Origin: an uncultured Gemmatimonadales bacterium
GTDB lineage: Bacteria; Gemmatimonadota; Gemmatimonadetes; Gemmatimonadales; GWC2-71-9
Direction of reading: 5' to 3'
Assembly: GCA_963695555.1 (NCBI GenBank)
Contig: CAVOGR010000007.1
Location: forward strand, 256,001 to 320,000
DNA: 64,000 nt
A model generated the notes under the pieces. It did not search any database, was not told where the DNA came from, and saw only the letters and a program-made list of their open reading frames with translations. This document shows positions 39,247-50,409 of this stretch, piece by piece. A program made the translations under genes and the position numbers. The first letter of the stretch is position 1. Each line of letters starts with the position of its first letter.

Positions 39247-40857
39247 CTAGCGGAATCGTTCCATCGTCTGCCGCGCCCCGTCCTCGCAGGCGGGCCAGGT
39301 GCGCTGCTCGCCGGTTCGGGGATTCACCCCGAGCACGCGCCGGTTTCGTGGAATCCGGCTGTCTTCCGCGGCCTGATAGACCAAGAGGGCCGTGATCGTC
39401 GCGTTGTTCTTCAGGTCGTCCCAGGCAATCTTGTCGATGGTGTCGCGGTTGGTATGCCAGGTGGCGGAGCCATAGTCGTAGTTGGTGGCCGACAGGTTGA
39501 AGGCCGGCGCACCGGAACAGATGAACGCCGCGTAGTCGCTGCCGCCTCCGCCGGGATTGCCGGGCATGCTGAGATCGATATTCCCTACCATCGATTGGGG
39601 TAGACGGGAGAGCCACCGGGCGAAGAACTCGCCGGCACCCGTCAAACCTTGCATGGCGATGGCCCTGACCCTGCCGGTGCCGTTGTCCTGGTTGAGCGCG
39701 AGTTGGAGCCCGTCGACCACCTCCGGATGATCGTGGGCGAACGCGCGGGACCCGTTCAGGCCCTGCTCCTCGCTGCTCCAGAGCCCCATGATGATGGTGC
39801 GCTTGGGATTGGGATACGCGGCCTGGAGAATCCGCATCGCTTCCATCATGACGACACTGCCGGTGCCGTTATCGGTGGTGCCGGACGCGCCGTCCCAGGA
39901 ATCGTAATGCGCCGAGAGCAGCACATACTCGTCGGGCAGGGCCGCGCCGGGGATGGTCCCGATGACATTGAAGACGGGCAGCTCACCCAGGTCCTCCGCA
40001 TCGGCACGGGCCCGGAGGCGGGGGCCCTGGTTGTTCTCGGTGAGCCGATACACCAGGCCGTAGTCCTCGCAGCTCAGGTCGAAGGCCGCCGCGCGGTGGC
40101 TCATCGCCCCCCCTCCCTGGAAGGCGTGGGCAAGCGAGAAGATCCGGTCGATGCCCCAGGCACCGGTCCAATAGTTGGTGAGGAGGCCAGTCGCGCCGGC
40201 TTCCTCGAGCGCGTTGACGATCGCTTGCCTGTCGAGCCCGATGGCCTCGATGCGGGCATTCCACGCATCCCGGGCCGCCCGCCGGGCCTGGTTGAAGACC
40301 GAGTCCGCTCCCGGAACACCGTGTTCCTTCCACGACGAGGCGGGCCGGCAGCTGGCCTCGGCGGGCGAGAGCAGCACGAACTTACCGCGCGCGGTTGGAA
40401 GCCACGCCCGGAACGCGTCGGCCCCATCCACCTGAGGTAGCATCACCACTCCACCCGTCTTTTCACCTTTGGTGGCCGGGCTCCACGCCAGCATCATGCC
40501 TTCGAGCGAGCGCACCCGCGGGGCGATGAGATCCACGTGCGACACGCCGCGGCGCCAGCCGCGCCAAGTGCCGTACTGTTCTTTTCTGGCCTCAATGCCC
40601 CAGCCCCGAAGCGTTGCCACCGCCCAATCGACCGCCGCCTGCTGCTCCGGCGTGCCCGTGAGCCGCGGCCCGATCGAATCGAACAGCGTCTGTGCCAGGT
40701 CGTAGAGCTCGGAGTGCTCCATGCCCTGGTTCCAGATGGCCTTGATGACTGGATCGTCAGTCGGAAAATCCTGCGCCATGACAGGCGGGCCGGCCGAGAT
40801 TCCCGAGACGACGAAGATTGCCAAACCCAACAGCAGGCGGACGAGCTTGGGATGCAT
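39247..40857 (-). CDS. M28 family peptidase (carboxypeptidase Q-like)
   Basis: IGPRLTG, SAHYDSWD, TDNGTG, EEQGL, GSD, WHTNRDT. Confidence 0.92.
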   Translation of the reverse strand: MHPKLVRLLLGLAIFVVSGISAGPPVMAQDFPTDDPVIKAIWNQGMEHSELYDLAQTLFDSIGPRLTGTPEQQAAVDWAVATLRGWGIEARKEQYGTWRGWRRGVSHVDLIAPRVRSLEGMMLAWSPATKGEKTGGVVMLPQVDGADAFRAWLPTARGKFVLLSPAEASCRPASSWKEHGVPGADSVFNQARRAARDAWNARIEAIGLDRQAIVNALEEAGATGLLTNYWTGAWGIDRIFSLAHAFQGGGAMSHRAAAFDLSCEDYGLVYRLTENNQGPRLRARADAEDLGELPVFNVIGTIPGAALPDEYVLLSAHYDSWDGASGTTDNGTGSVVMMEAMRILQAAYPNPKRTIIMGLWSSEEQGLNGSRAFAHDHPEVVDGLQLALNQDNGTGRVRAIAMQGLTGAGEFFARWLSRLPQSMVGNIDLSMPGNPGGGGSDYAAFICSGAPAFNLSATNYDYGSATWHTNRDTIDKIAWDDLKNNATITALLVYQAAEDSRIPRNRRVLGVNPRTGEQRTWPACEDGARQTMERFR

Positions 40858-41038
40858 CGTATCCTCCTAAGCGCACCGTGTAGAAAACATCATCGACCAC
40901 CGGAAGGCGTGCCAACGCCCGGCTCAAGCGGAGAATAGGCCACGGCGGGCTGAACGTCCAGATGTTTTGGCCAATCACCTGGGTCAGCCCTTGCGGGCGG
41001 TCCCGGAGAACATGCATTCTACGGAGGAAAGGCAACCC

Positions 41039-41266
41039 ATGACCGACGATCGCGTAATCCGATTGCTCGAGGAAGTCCGCGACCTCCAGCGCGAGCACCT
41101 CGAACACTATAAGGAAGCGCTCCGGAACCAGACGGAATCGATCCGGATGCAGCGCGAGCTGAGCCATGTGGCGAGAAACCGGCTCCGGTTCGTCTCCGTG
41201 CTCATTGCGATCGTCCTGGTGATCCTCATCGTGTCAGCGTGGGGCGTGGTGCGGACACTCTTCTAA
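41039..41266 (+). CDS. Small coiled-coil protein with C-terminal TM helix
   Basis: GGAGG RBS; hydrophobic C-terminus. Confidence 0.7.
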   Translation: MTDDRVIRLLEEVRDLQREHLEHYKEALRNQTESIRMQRELSHVARNRLRFVSVLIAIVLVILIVSAWGVVRTLF

Positions 41267-41279
41267 TGAAGGGCAGACG

Positions 41280-41696
41280 GTGACGAGACCCGGACCCAGT
41301 GACGATTCCAAGAAGTTGAACATCCAGCTCGATCCCGGAAGTGCGCTGCCGCTCTACCGACAGATTGTCGATCAAATCTGGATCGAGGTGGTTGACGGGA
41401 GCCTCGCGGCCGGGGAGCGGATGCCAACGCTCCGGCAATTGGCCATCGCTCTGGGCGTGCATCCCGATACTGTCGCCCGGGCGTATCACGAGCTTGCGCT
41501 CTTGGGTGTGCTGCACGAGCGCCGGGGCGAGGGTACTTTCGTGGGCCTCCAGCCGGCCAAGCGCTCGGAGTTGGAACGACGTCGCCAGCTCGAGGACATC
41601 TGCGTCACCGCAGTGGCCGACGCCAAGCTCTGCGGGTTCTCCGCGGATGACATGATCGAAATCATCAAAGAGCTGCGCGATCACCGCGGCAGCTGA
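41280..41696 (+). CDS. GntR family regulator (YtrA-like)
   Basis: PLYRQI, MPTLRQLA, TVARAY, RGEGTFV. Confidence 0.9.
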   Translation: MTRPGPSDDSKKLNIQLDPGSALPLYRQIVDQIWIEVVDGSLAAGERMPTLRQLAIALGVHPDTVARAYHELALLGVLHERRGEGTFVGLQPAKRSELERRRQLEDICVTAVADAKLCGFSADDMIEIIKELRDHRGS

Positions 41697-41707
41697 AAGG
41701 GACGGCC

Positions 41708-42727
41708 ATGGGAACCAACATCATCCTGAGCAAGAAGGGGCCGGTGTCCCCGCCTGCGAGCTCGCCCAATGACACCCGGTATCCCGTTCCGGCCGTGGTG
41801 GCCGGCACGATCACCGGCCTGGGCGCAGCGGGCCTGGTACTTCTGACCCCCCTCGCGGCCGCCGCCGCGTGGCTGGCGCCGACGGTGGGCGTGCTCTTCG
41901 CCGCGCTGGTCGGCTCCTCCATCAAGTATGCCGACCAATGGGAAAAGGCGGTCGTCCTTCGACTCGGGAAATACCAAGGCCTTCGGGGTCCCGGCCTATT
42001 CACGGTCATCCCGATCATCGATCGGGTGACCTACCACATCGACCAACGGATTCGTACCACCGATTTCGGCGCCGAGTCGTGCCTGACCAAGGATACGGTT
42101 CCGGTAAACGTCGACGCGATCGCGTTCTGGGTGGTGTACGACGCGGAGCGGGCGGCCCTCGAAGTGCAGCAATACGAGCAAGCCGTGGTGCTTGCCGCGC
42201 AGACCGCACTGCGAGATGCCATCGGCAAACACGACCTGGCCGAGTTGATTCAGTCGCGGAAGGAACTGGGACGCGTGCTTCAGGAGACGCTCGACAAGAA
42301 GATGCACGACTGGGGAATCCAGGTGCAGTCGGTCGAAATCCGCGACGTGATCATCCCCAAGGCGCTCGAGGAAGCGATGTCGCGCCAGGCGCAGGCGGAG
42401 CGGGAGCGTCAGGCACGCATCATCCTCGGCACTGCCGAAACCGAGATCGCGTCGAAGTTCGTGGCCGCCGCGGAGACGTACAGTGAAAACCCGGTCGCCA
42501 TGAATCTCCGGGCCATGAACATGCTGTACGAGAGCATCGTGAAGCGCGGCTCGCTCATGGTGGTGCCCTCGGGCCTGGCCGACTCGCTGAACATGCCCGG
42601 CATCATGGGCTTGACGGGGGCGGCTTCGGCCCACGGCCTCATGCCGCGACCCGAGGCGGATGATGAGAAGGAAGGCTCGAGCCAAACAATTCGAGACTTC
42701 CCGCCCGGCAACACGTCATCGGAGTAG
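41708..42727 (+). CDS. SPFH/band 7 stomatin-like protein
   Basis: VVLRLG, TKDTVPVNVDA, WGIQVQSVEIRDV, QAQAERERQA. Confidence 0.93.
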   Translation: MGTNIILSKKGPVSPPASSPNDTRYPVPAVVAGTITGLGAAGLVLLTPLAAAAAWLAPTVGVLFAALVGSSIKYADQWEKAVVLRLGKYQGLRGPGLFTVIPIIDRVTYHIDQRIRTTDFGAESCLTKDTVPVNVDAIAFWVVYDAERAALEVQQYEQAVVLAAQTALRDAIGKHDLAELIQSRKELGRVLQETLDKKMHDWGIQVQSVEIRDVIIPKALEEAMSRQAQAERERQARIILGTAETEIASKFVAAAETYSENPVAMNLRAMNMLYESIVKRGSLMVVPSGLADSLNMPGIMGLTGAASAHGLMPRPEADDEKEGSSQTIRDFPPGNTSSE

Positions 42728-43120
42728 CTCCGGGCGTACCAATCATGGCGGCACGGCGCCGGCTCGTGAAGGGACGCCGGACCGCCTACCACACCCGAGC
42801 ATGGGATCCTGCACTCGGGAGGCCCTGCCCACCGCCTCTCGTCTGTTGCGCCGCTTCCCGGCGCATGTTGCGCGCTCGCACACCTGAGGCGTCCCTCCGC
42901 TTCACCAAGCCCGCATGAGTACACCATCATGCCCCGCTCCAGCCCTAAATCCTACGTCGAACCTCTGGATTCCGATGGAACCAGCCGCTGGCATCCTTTT
43001 GGCTCCGTCAACCTGCCTAATCGATAGTCACTAAGACCTACGTGACCGCCAGGCAGGAGACCATTCGTGGTTGAGCCTGGCGCGCAGCACGCGTTTGTCC
43101 CGGCAACAGGAACGGAAACC

Positions 43121-44728
43121 ATGCCTGCGAACAAGACGGACTCGAGAACCCGCACGCTCGAAGTTCTGCCCGCGCTCGCCCCCGAGTACCAAGGGATCCT
43201 GACTCCCGAGGCTCTTCGATTCGTGGAGCGGTTGATGCGCAGGTTCGGTCCCACGCGGGATGAGCTCTTGCTGGCCCGGATCCGACGCCAGCATGAGATC
43301 GACGCCGGCGGTGTGCTCGACTTCCTCGCCGAGACGGCCCAAGTCCGGAGCGCCGAGTGGACGGTCGCGGACGTGCCGGCGGATCTGACCGACCGTCGAG
43401 TGGAGATCACGGGCCCGGTCGACCGCAAGATGATCATCAACGCGCTGAATTCCGGCGCGAATGTGTTCATGGCGGATTTCGAGGATTCCAACGCGCCGAC
43501 CTGGGACAACGTCATCCAGGGCCAGATCAACCTGCGCGATGCGGTCCGCCGGACCATCACGTTTACCAGCACCGAGGGCAAGCAGTACGCGCTCGCACCG
43601 AAGACCGCGACCCTGATGGTCCGGCCGCGAGGCTGGCACCTGATCGAAAAGCATGTGCGCCTCGACGGCGTTCCGGTTTCCGCCAGCTTGTTCGACTTCG
43701 GGCTCTACTTCTTCCACAACGCGCAGGCACTTCTCGAACGCGGAAGTGGCCCGTATTTCTACCTGCCCAAACTCCAAAGTCACCTGGAGGCTCGACTGTG
43801 GAACGAGGTCTTCGTGATGGCGCAGAACGAACTCGGGATCCCGCTGGGGTCGATCCGCGCGACCGTCCTCATCGAGACGCTGCCCGCGGCCTTCGAGATG
43901 GACGAGATCTTGTACGAACTGCGGGACCACTCCGCCGGGCTCAACTGCGGTCGCTGGGACTACATCTTCAGCCTCATCAAGACGTTCTGGAAGAACCCCG
44001 GATTCATACTGCCGGATCGGGCGCTCGTCAGCATGACGACCCACTGCATGCACTCATACTCTCGTCTCGCAATCCAGACCTGTCACCGCCGCGGCATCCA
44101 CGCCATCGGAGGCATGGCGGCCCAGATCCCCATCAAGCACGATACCGAGGCCAACGAGCGGGCCCTGACCAAGGTGCGGGAGGACAAACTCCGTGAGGTC
44201 GGAGACGGGCACGACGGAACCTGGGTGGCGCATCCGGGGCTGGTCGAGCTCGCGAAGACCATCTTCGACGAGGGAATGCCCGGACCGGACCAGATCCATC
44301 GCAAGCGCGAGGATGTGCGGATCACCGCCAAGGATCTCTTGACCGTGCCCCAGGGACCGATCACCGAGCGTGGCGTGAGGCACAACATCGATGTCGGTCT
44401 CCAGTACATGGCGGCCTGGCTCAGCGGCAACGGCTGCGTCCCCATCTACAACCTGATGGAAGATGCCGCCACGGCCGAAATCTCCCGGTCCCAGCTGTGG
44501 CAATGGCTCCACCACGCCGGCGTCACGCTGGAGGACGGGCGACCCATGACGTCGACTTTGATGCACGCCCTGTTCGACGAGGAGAGCCAGCGGCTGCGTG
44601 AAACCGTCGGAGACGTCCGCTTCGAAGCGGAACGGTATGGCCTGGCGCGGAAACTCATCGAAAACATCGTGAGGAAGGACTCGTTCACCGCATTCATGAC
44701 GACCGTGGGATACGAACACCTGGATTGA
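43121..44728 (+). CDS. aceB: Malate synthase A
   Basis: [39 protein letters not shown]. Confidence 0.97.
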   Translation: MPANKTDSRTRTLEVLPALAPEYQGILTPEALRFVERLMRRFGPTRDELLLARIRRQHEIDAGGVLDFLAETAQVRSAEWTVADVPADLTDRRVEITGPVDRKMIINALNSGANVFMADFEDSNAPTWDNVIQGQINLRDAVRRTITFTSTEGKQYALAPKTATLMVRPRGWHLIEKHVRLDGVPVSASLFDFGLYFFHNAQALLERGSGPYFYLPKLQSHLEARLWNEVFVMAQNELGIPLGSIRATVLIETLPAAFEMDEILYELRDHSAGLNCGRWDYIFSLIKTFWKNPGFILPDRALVSMTTHCMHSYSRLAIQTCHRRGIHAIGGMAAQIPIKHDTEANERALTKVREDKLREVGDGHDGTWVAHPGLVELAKTIFDEGMPGPDQIHRKREDVRITAKDLLTVPQGPITERGVRHNIDVGLQYMAAWLSGNGCVPIYNLMEDAATAEISRSQLWQWLHHAGVTLEDGRPMTSTLMHALFDEESQRLRETVGDVRFEAERYGLARKLIENIVRKDSFTAFMTTVGYEHLD

Positions 44729-44753
44729 TCGACTTCCAGCAAAGGAGCACCCG

Positions 44754-46088
44754 ATGGGCGACAAGCAGAATGGTATTCTCGAGCTCGAGCAGAGCTGGAA
44801 GACCGACCAACGATGGCAGGGAATCAGCCGGCCCTACTCCGCCGCGGATGTGTTCAGGCTCCGGGGCTCCGTGCAGATTCAGCACACCTTGGCCACCCTG
44901 GGCGCCCGGCGGCTCTGGGACCTGTTGCACACGACACCCTACGTGAACGCGCTCGGCGCCTTGACCGGGTCGCAGGCCGTCCAGATGGTCCAGGCCGGCC
45001 TTCCGTCGATCTACTGCAGCGGCTGGCAGGTGGCGGGGGACATGAACAGTGCCGGTCAGACGTATCCCGATCAGAGCATCTACCCGGTCGACAGTGTGCC
45101 CACCCTAGTGCGCCGGATCAACAACGCGCTCCAGCGCTCCGATCAGATCACCCACGAGACTGGCAACGACGACAGCCGGCCCTGCTGGTTCGCGCCCATC
45201 GTAGCCGACGCCGAGGCTGGGTTCGGTGGCGTGCTGAACGCGTTCGAGTTGATGAAGGCGATGATTGCCGCGGGTGCGGCCGGCGTCCATTTCGAGGACC
45301 AGTTGTCGTCATTCAAGAAGTGCGGCCACATGGGCGGCAAGGTGCTGGCCCCGACCGGCGAGGCCATCAACAAGCTGGTGGCCGCCCGGTTGGCGGCGGA
45401 CGTCGAGGGCGTCCCCACCGTGCTCATCGCACGCACCGACGCCAACTCCGCGACCCTGTTGGCCAACGACGTCGACGAGCGGGATCACGTGTTCCTGACG
45501 GGTGAGCGAACCCCGGAAGGCTTCTTCCACGTGCGCACCGGGTTGGATCAGGCGATCGCTCGCGGGCTCGCCTACGCGCCCTACGCCGATCTGCTCTGGT
45601 GCGAAACCGCCCACCCGGATCTGGAGGAAGCGCGTCGGTTTGCGGAGGCCATCCGGGCCCGGTACCCGGGCAAGATGCTGGCCTATAACTGTTCCCCGTC
45701 CTTCAACTGGCGGCGGCATCTGGATGAGGCCACCATTGCCAAGTTCCAGCGGGAGCTGGGGGCCATGGGGTACACATACCAGTTCGTGACCCTGGCCGGC
45801 TTTCATTCGGTCAACGCCGCCATGTTCGAGTTGGCCCAGGGCTACCGTGAGAGCGGCATGGTGGCCTACGCCGGGCTCCAGGACCACGAGTTCGCGCTCG
45901 AGGAGCGCTATGGGTATCGCGCCGTCAAGCACCAGTCGTTCGTGGGCGCCGGGTACTTCGACGACCTGACCCAAGTGATCACGGGCGGCCGGACCGCAAC
46001 CACAGCGATGGCAGGCTCCACGGAGGAAGAACAGTTCGAGGAAGGGACGGCCGGGGTCGAGGAGGAGCACCACCGCCGGGCCGGCTAA
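44754..46088 (+). CDS. aceA: Isocitrate lyase
   Basis: KKCGHM signature, [16 protein letters not shown]. Confidence 0.97.
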   Translation: MGDKQNGILELEQSWKTDQRWQGISRPYSAADVFRLRGSVQIQHTLATLGARRLWDLLHTTPYVNALGALTGSQAVQMVQAGLPSIYCSGWQVAGDMNSAGQTYPDQSIYPVDSVPTLVRRINNALQRSDQITHETGNDDSRPCWFAPIVADAEAGFGGVLNAFELMKAMIAAGAAGVHFEDQLSSFKKCGHMGGKVLAPTGEAINKLVAARLAADVEGVPTVLIARTDANSATLLANDVDERDHVFLTGERTPEGFFHVRTGLDQAIARGLAYAPYADLLWCETAHPDLEEARRFAEAIRARYPGKMLAYNCSPSFNWRRHLDEATIAKFQRELGAMGYTYQFVTLAGFHSVNAAMFELAQGYRESGMVAYAGLQDHEFALEERYGYRAVKHQSFVGAGYFDDLTQVITGGRTATTAMAGSTEEEQFEEGTAGVEEEHHRRAG

Positions 46089-46112
46089 CGACGCACTGGC
46101 CGAGTCGGACGC

Positions 46113-46158
46113 AACGGCACCAGGGGGGGCTTCCCGTGAGGCTCCCCCTGGTGCCGTT
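46113..46158 (+). terminator. Intrinsic terminator-like hairpin after aceA
   Basis: AACGGCACCAGGGGG/CCCCCTGGTGCCGTT inverted repeat. Confidence 0.75.
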
Positions 46159-46317
46159 TCCCTCGCGCCCATCCCGTGACTGGTGGGCCAAGCCAACGGC
46201 CCGCTTTCCTATCTAATGGAAGCGTTCCGGTTCGGCTATATTCTACCCCGCCAGCAGGTCATCACATCTTACCTTTCCGCCCGGCGCCATGTGGCGCCGG
46301 CTTGACTGAGTCCCCCC

Positions 46318-48588
46318 ATGGCCCACGTCTCACACCGCCTGTCCACCGCGTTTCAGGGTGCCCTTGCCGGAGGGGGCGATCCGGCCACCTCGCCGCTCTA
46401 CGTCTTCGGACCGTTCCTCAAGCTGATCGTGATCGCGGGCGTCGCCGAGGTGACGTTCGGCGCCAGCATCTGGCTCGTGGTCTTCACGGTGGTGATGGTG
46501 TCGGCCATGTACCGCCTGGTGATGCGGTGGGTGGTGGACGGGAGCGGCGGCAGCGGGCTGACCGAGGAGGAGTTCGGTTCGTGGGCGGTGAAGGTGAATG
46601 CGGGCATCACGTTTGTCGAATACACCTTGACCTTCCTGGTCAGCATCGCAGCCCTGGTGACCTTCATCGCCGACCGTTTTCCGGCGCTCAACACGGTCAT
46701 CGCGGGCGTCCAGTACCGGACGTTCCTTGCCGTGCTCATCAGCATCGGCATCGGCTGGCTGGTCAACCGTGGCCCGAAGACGGCCGCGCGCGCATTCGGC
46801 CCGGCCACCTTCGCGGTGCTGCTCCTCCTCTGGACCATGATCGCCGCGACAATATGGCAGCGGGGTCTCCACCTGCCGTCCTTCGACCTGCAGGCGTTCA
46901 CACCGAATTACCTCCACTTCACCCTGGCCGGCTATGCGCGGATCCTGGCGCTGATGACCGGCATCGAGATCTTCGCCAACCTCGTGGCCGCCTACGACGG
47001 CACCAATGCCGAGCGCAGCAAGAAGGCGTTCGGCAGCCTGATCATCATCATGGGTACCACCTGCCTGACGATGCTCATCGTGGGTCCCGCCATCCTCGCG
47101 GAGGCCGACCTGAGCGACACCCACGTGTCGGTCTTCACGCAGACGATGGACCACTTGTTGCCATCTCCCCTGCCGTTCGTGGGTACGCTGATCGGCGTGC
47201 TGGTGCTGGCATCAGCCGCCGCCGCGAGCGCGCAAGGCATCCAGAATCTGGCGCTCGGCCTCCGCTACCGGCGCTACATCCCGGCGTGGTTGGGTTCCCG
47301 CAATTTCTTCGACGTGGCTGACAAGCCGGTCTGGGTAGAAGTCGGCATCGTCGCCCTGTGCTACCTGGTCTTCGGCACCCACGAGGAGACGTATCTCGCC
47401 ATCTATGCCGCCGGGGTATTCATCCTGCTCAGCATGACTGGCTGGGCCGCGGCCAAGCGCCTGTTCCGGGAACTGCGCGTGACGTTCACGCCGGGCGGCG
47501 CCGCAACCCTGGTGGGCACCGTCCTCGCCGCGCTACTCACAACCGCGGCCACGGTCATCATCTTCGAGGAGCGGTTCTTCGAGGGGGCATGGACCTATCT
47601 GCTCTTCATTCCGGCCCTGTACGTTGTCTTCAGCCGGTTCCGCGAGCGTCTCGGCACCCCCAAGCCGCTCGACGAGCACCTCGGCCGCTTCTTCGTGGGA
47701 CAGTACCTCCTGCCCTTCCAGCGCGACGATCTGCCGCAGGGCGACTTCGGGATCGAGCGGATCATGGTGCCGCTCGACGGCTCCGCGCTGGCAGAGCATG
47801 CCCTACCGGTTGCGGAATTGCTGGCGCGGACCGTGGGCGGCCGGATCGACCTCATGTCCGTCCGTGACCCCCACGACGAAGGCACCGGCGAGCCGGGCGC
47901 GGCGGCGCGATCCGCCACCGAGGCGTATCTCAACCGGTTGGCCGAGACGCTTCGGCAGCGCGGATTGACGGCGGGTATCAGCATGCGGAGCGGAAACATT
48001 CCCGAGGAAATCGGCCGTCACGGCATCGAGAGTCACGCCGACGTGATCGTGATGGCCACCCGCGGACGGTCGCGGGTGGACCGGCTCCTCGGCCGGAACA
48101 TCGCCACCGCGGTGGTGCGGCAAACGGAGCTGCCGGTGCTCGTCATCCGCCCGACCGACGTGTGGACCAGCCGCCATACCGCGTTCAAGAAACTCCTGGT
48201 GTCCCTCGATGGGTCGGTCGACTCGGAAGAGGTGCTTCCCCCGGCGCGGATCCTGGCGCGCTATTTCGGGAGCACGGTCGTGCTGCTCGCGGTGCCCGAA
48301 GCGGAGAGCGAGGTGCCTCGCCTGCAGCACTACCTCGAGTCGGTCGCAGCCGCGCTCCAGGCCATTGGGATCGCGGTGGAGACCCGCGTCACGGGCTCGG
48401 GCGCGAGCCGGACCATTACCAGTGTCGCCGCATCGGAGGAATGCGACCTGATCATGATGGCGACGCGCGGACGCGGAGCCCCGGAAGAGATCGGGGTCGA
48501 AGTCGGCAGCGTCACCGAAAGTGTCGTGCTCTCGGCCCATTGCCCGGTGTTCGCGGTGACGGTGGTTGGGTTCGGCCGAAAGAAATGA
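46318..48588 (+). CDS. APC-superfamily (KUP/KimA-like) transporter fused to two universal stress protein domains
   Basis: About 12 TM; GDPATSPLY and TGIE motifs; two USP starts (IMVPLDGS, LLVSLDGS), each with MATRGR. Confidence 0.8.
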   Translation: MAHVSHRLSTAFQGALAGGGDPATSPLYVFGPFLKLIVIAGVAEVTFGASIWLVVFTVVMVSAMYRLVMRWVVDGSGGSGLTEEEFGSWAVKVNAGITFVEYTLTFLVSIAALVTFIADRFPALNTVIAGVQYRTFLAVLISIGIGWLVNRGPKTAARAFGPATFAVLLLLWTMIAATIWQRGLHLPSFDLQAFTPNYLHFTLAGYARILALMTGIEIFANLVAAYDGTNAERSKKAFGSLIIIMGTTCLTMLIVGPAILAEADLSDTHVSVFTQTMDHLLPSPLPFVGTLIGVLVLASAAAASAQGIQNLALGLRYRRYIPAWLGSRNFFDVADKPVWVEVGIVALCYLVFGTHEETYLAIYAAGVFILLSMTGWAAAKRLFRELRVTFTPGGAATLVGTVLAALLTTAATVIIFEERFFEGAWTYLLFIPALYVVFSRFRERLGTPKPLDEHLGRFFVGQYLLPFQRDDLPQGDFGIERIMVPLDGSALAEHALPVAELLARTVGGRIDLMSVRDPHDEGTGEPGAAARSATEAYLNRLAETLRQRGLTAGISMRSGNIPEEIGRHGIESHADVIVMATRGRSRVDRLLGRNIATAVVRQTELPVLVIRPTDVWTSRHTAFKKLLVSLDGSVDSEEVLPPARILARYFGSTVVLLAVPEAESEVPRLQHYLESVAAALQAIGIAVETRVTGSGASRTITSVAASEECDLIMMATRGRGAPEEIGVEVGSVTESVVLSAHCPVFAVTVVGFGRKK

Positions 48589-48626
48589 TCGAGTCCGTCA
48601 ACCACGCGGGTCGGAACCACGCCAGA

Positions 48627-48652
48627 GGGGGAGCTTCCCATGAAGCTCCCCC
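48627..48652. terminator. Hairpin between convergent genes
   Basis: GGGGGAGCTTC-CCAT-GAAGCTCCCCC. Confidence 0.7.
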
Positions 48653-48685
48653 GTGCCGCCAAACGCTCGAGCCTGGCTGGTTACA

Positions 48686-49561
48686 TCACTCCAACCGCGT
48701 CCCGCGGGCGAACACCGTATCGTCTTCGTCTCGGAATTCGAATCCGGTGGCGTGCCCGGAATCGATGGTGAACTCGAGAACGGCCCTCCACACATCATAG
48801 AGCGCCCCGCCCTTCAGGAACCCGGCGTTGTACCATTCGTCCGTCAGGCGGATGAGCACCATCTCATCGGCCATGCGTTCGGCGAAACCCCACCGCACCT
48901 TCAACATGCCTCCCTCGTAGTACGTCTCGAAGCGTCCCGGCGGCGGCATATTCTCGTCAACGAAGGCGATCTGGTACGTGCCGATGTACGGTTCGACGAT
49001 GTCTTTAGCGACGGTGAGGACCTGCGACGGCTCGACATCGAACCGAAGCCTGACCTCGGTCGTGGCCCACCTCAGGCTCAGCACTGTTCCGGACGGCTCC
49101 ACTACGGGGAAGGAAAAGGTCAGGACGTCCATCTGCGGTGCCGCCGTCGGCGTGACCTTGAATCGCACCTGGTCGTCGCTCGGACCCGGGTGGGCAAGAT
49201 GAAAGAGCCGGTGCTTCGGGTGGAACACCACCTCCCACTGCTTGGGCTGGACTACCATCCAGAGCGAGTACTTGCCCTTTGGGAGCGCGTGTCCGTTGAC
49301 CGTGACGTCCTTGTCGACCTCGACCGTCGTGGCCCAGTTGGCCCCGGGGGTCCAGACCTCACCCCAGTAGACGAAGCCTCCGAACACCGGCTCGCGGCCG
49401 CGCGCCACCGGCCTCGAGGCCACCACCGTGATGGTGGTGCCGTCGACCGTTTGGACAACCGTGCCCAACTCGCTGGCGCGGACCTGGGCCGGGGCATTGC
49501 GGGGAGAGGCAACGAACAAGGCGACGACGAACGAGAATGATGCCAGCTGTCGAACGGTCAT
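48686..49561 (-). CDS. DUF2911-like secreted protein
   Basis: SRPVARGR...FGG.V.WGEVWTPGANWAT, LPKGKYSLW. Confidence 0.85.
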   Translation of the reverse strand: MTVRQLASFSFVVALFVASPRNAPAQVRASELGTVVQTVDGTTITVVASRPVARGREPVFGGFVYWGEVWTPGANWATTVEVDKDVTVNGHALPKGKYSLWMVVQPKQWEVVFHPKHRLFHLAHPGPSDDQVRFKVTPTAAPQMDVLTFSFPVVEPSGTVLSLRWATTEVRLRFDVEPSQVLTVAKDIVEPYIGTYQIAFVDENMPPPGRFETYYEGGMLKVRWGFAERMADEMVLIRLTDEWYNAGFLKGGALYDVWRAVLEFTIDSGHATGFEFRDEDDTVFARGTRLE

Positions 49562-49621
49562 GGAAAGCCTTTCGATGGTGAAGGAAACTGGGATGCCGGA
49601 GGCTGAAATTCGAATGAGGGC

Positions 49622-50059
49622 TCAGGCAAACCGCGCGTCGATCGCGTCTCGGATGCGGTCCAACGACCATCCGCGTCTGTACAGCCGGAAGGCGAGCCTG
49701 CCCTGGCCCTGGCAGATTTCACAGAACCGGGCCATGCCGCCCTCCTCGTAGCACGTGAGCAGCGAGTAATACTCCGGTAGCTCCGCGCAGCCGCAGTGAC
49801 AGCGGATGCCGTCCACAATGTGCGGGATCCGCCGCACGCCGTCATAGGCATCGATAACGTCGGGGAAATCCCTGAGCTCGTCCGCGGTGAGTACCTTGGA
49901 TGCGTCGATGCCGGGGCGGGGCTCCGGATGCGGATGCGGGCCTGGCTGCCGCAACGCGAAATGCGGGCAGCGCGGCCGTGGGATCGCTCCCCATGCGACC
50001 GTCAGGAACGCGGTCGGGATGAAGGCCAGGAATTGCCTGCGGGGTATCGGGCTCGCCAT
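49622..50059 (-). CDS. PCYCGC-motif-like metal-binding protein with possible Tat signal
   Basis: RRQFL; CHCGC, SLLTCY, CEIC. Confidence 0.75.
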   Translation of the reverse strand: MASPIPRRQFLAFIPTAFLTVAWGAIPRPRCPHFALRQPGPHPHPEPRPGIDASKVLTADELRDFPDVIDAYDGVRRIPHIVDGIRCHCGCAELPEYYSLLTCYEEGGMARFCEICQGQGRLAFRLYRRGWSLDRIRDAIDARFA

Positions 50060-50409
50060 GACTCTCCTGTGGATCCGGGCCGTGGCCCGCGAGGAACGCG
50101 ATAGGACCACATAAGCTAAAGGGACAGTTCCACCAGTAAAAACCCTCGAGGCAAGAGGCCAAACATCCAGTTGGGCAGGCCCAATGCGCGATAGCCACGA
50201 AAGACAACGAAAAATGGACTAAAATAGCCCGAAAACAACCCGAAAATACCGAATTTCCGACCTCTCTATCGTCGTGAATACGTTCGAGTGAATGGGCGGC
50301 AGGCTGGTTTCACAGCGAATTCAGGCCCCCTTCACCCCGGAACGGCCAACCTCAGGCGGAGCAGCAGGGCCCACCCACTGGGCTTGTAACGTTCACTCTC
50401 GGAGATGAT

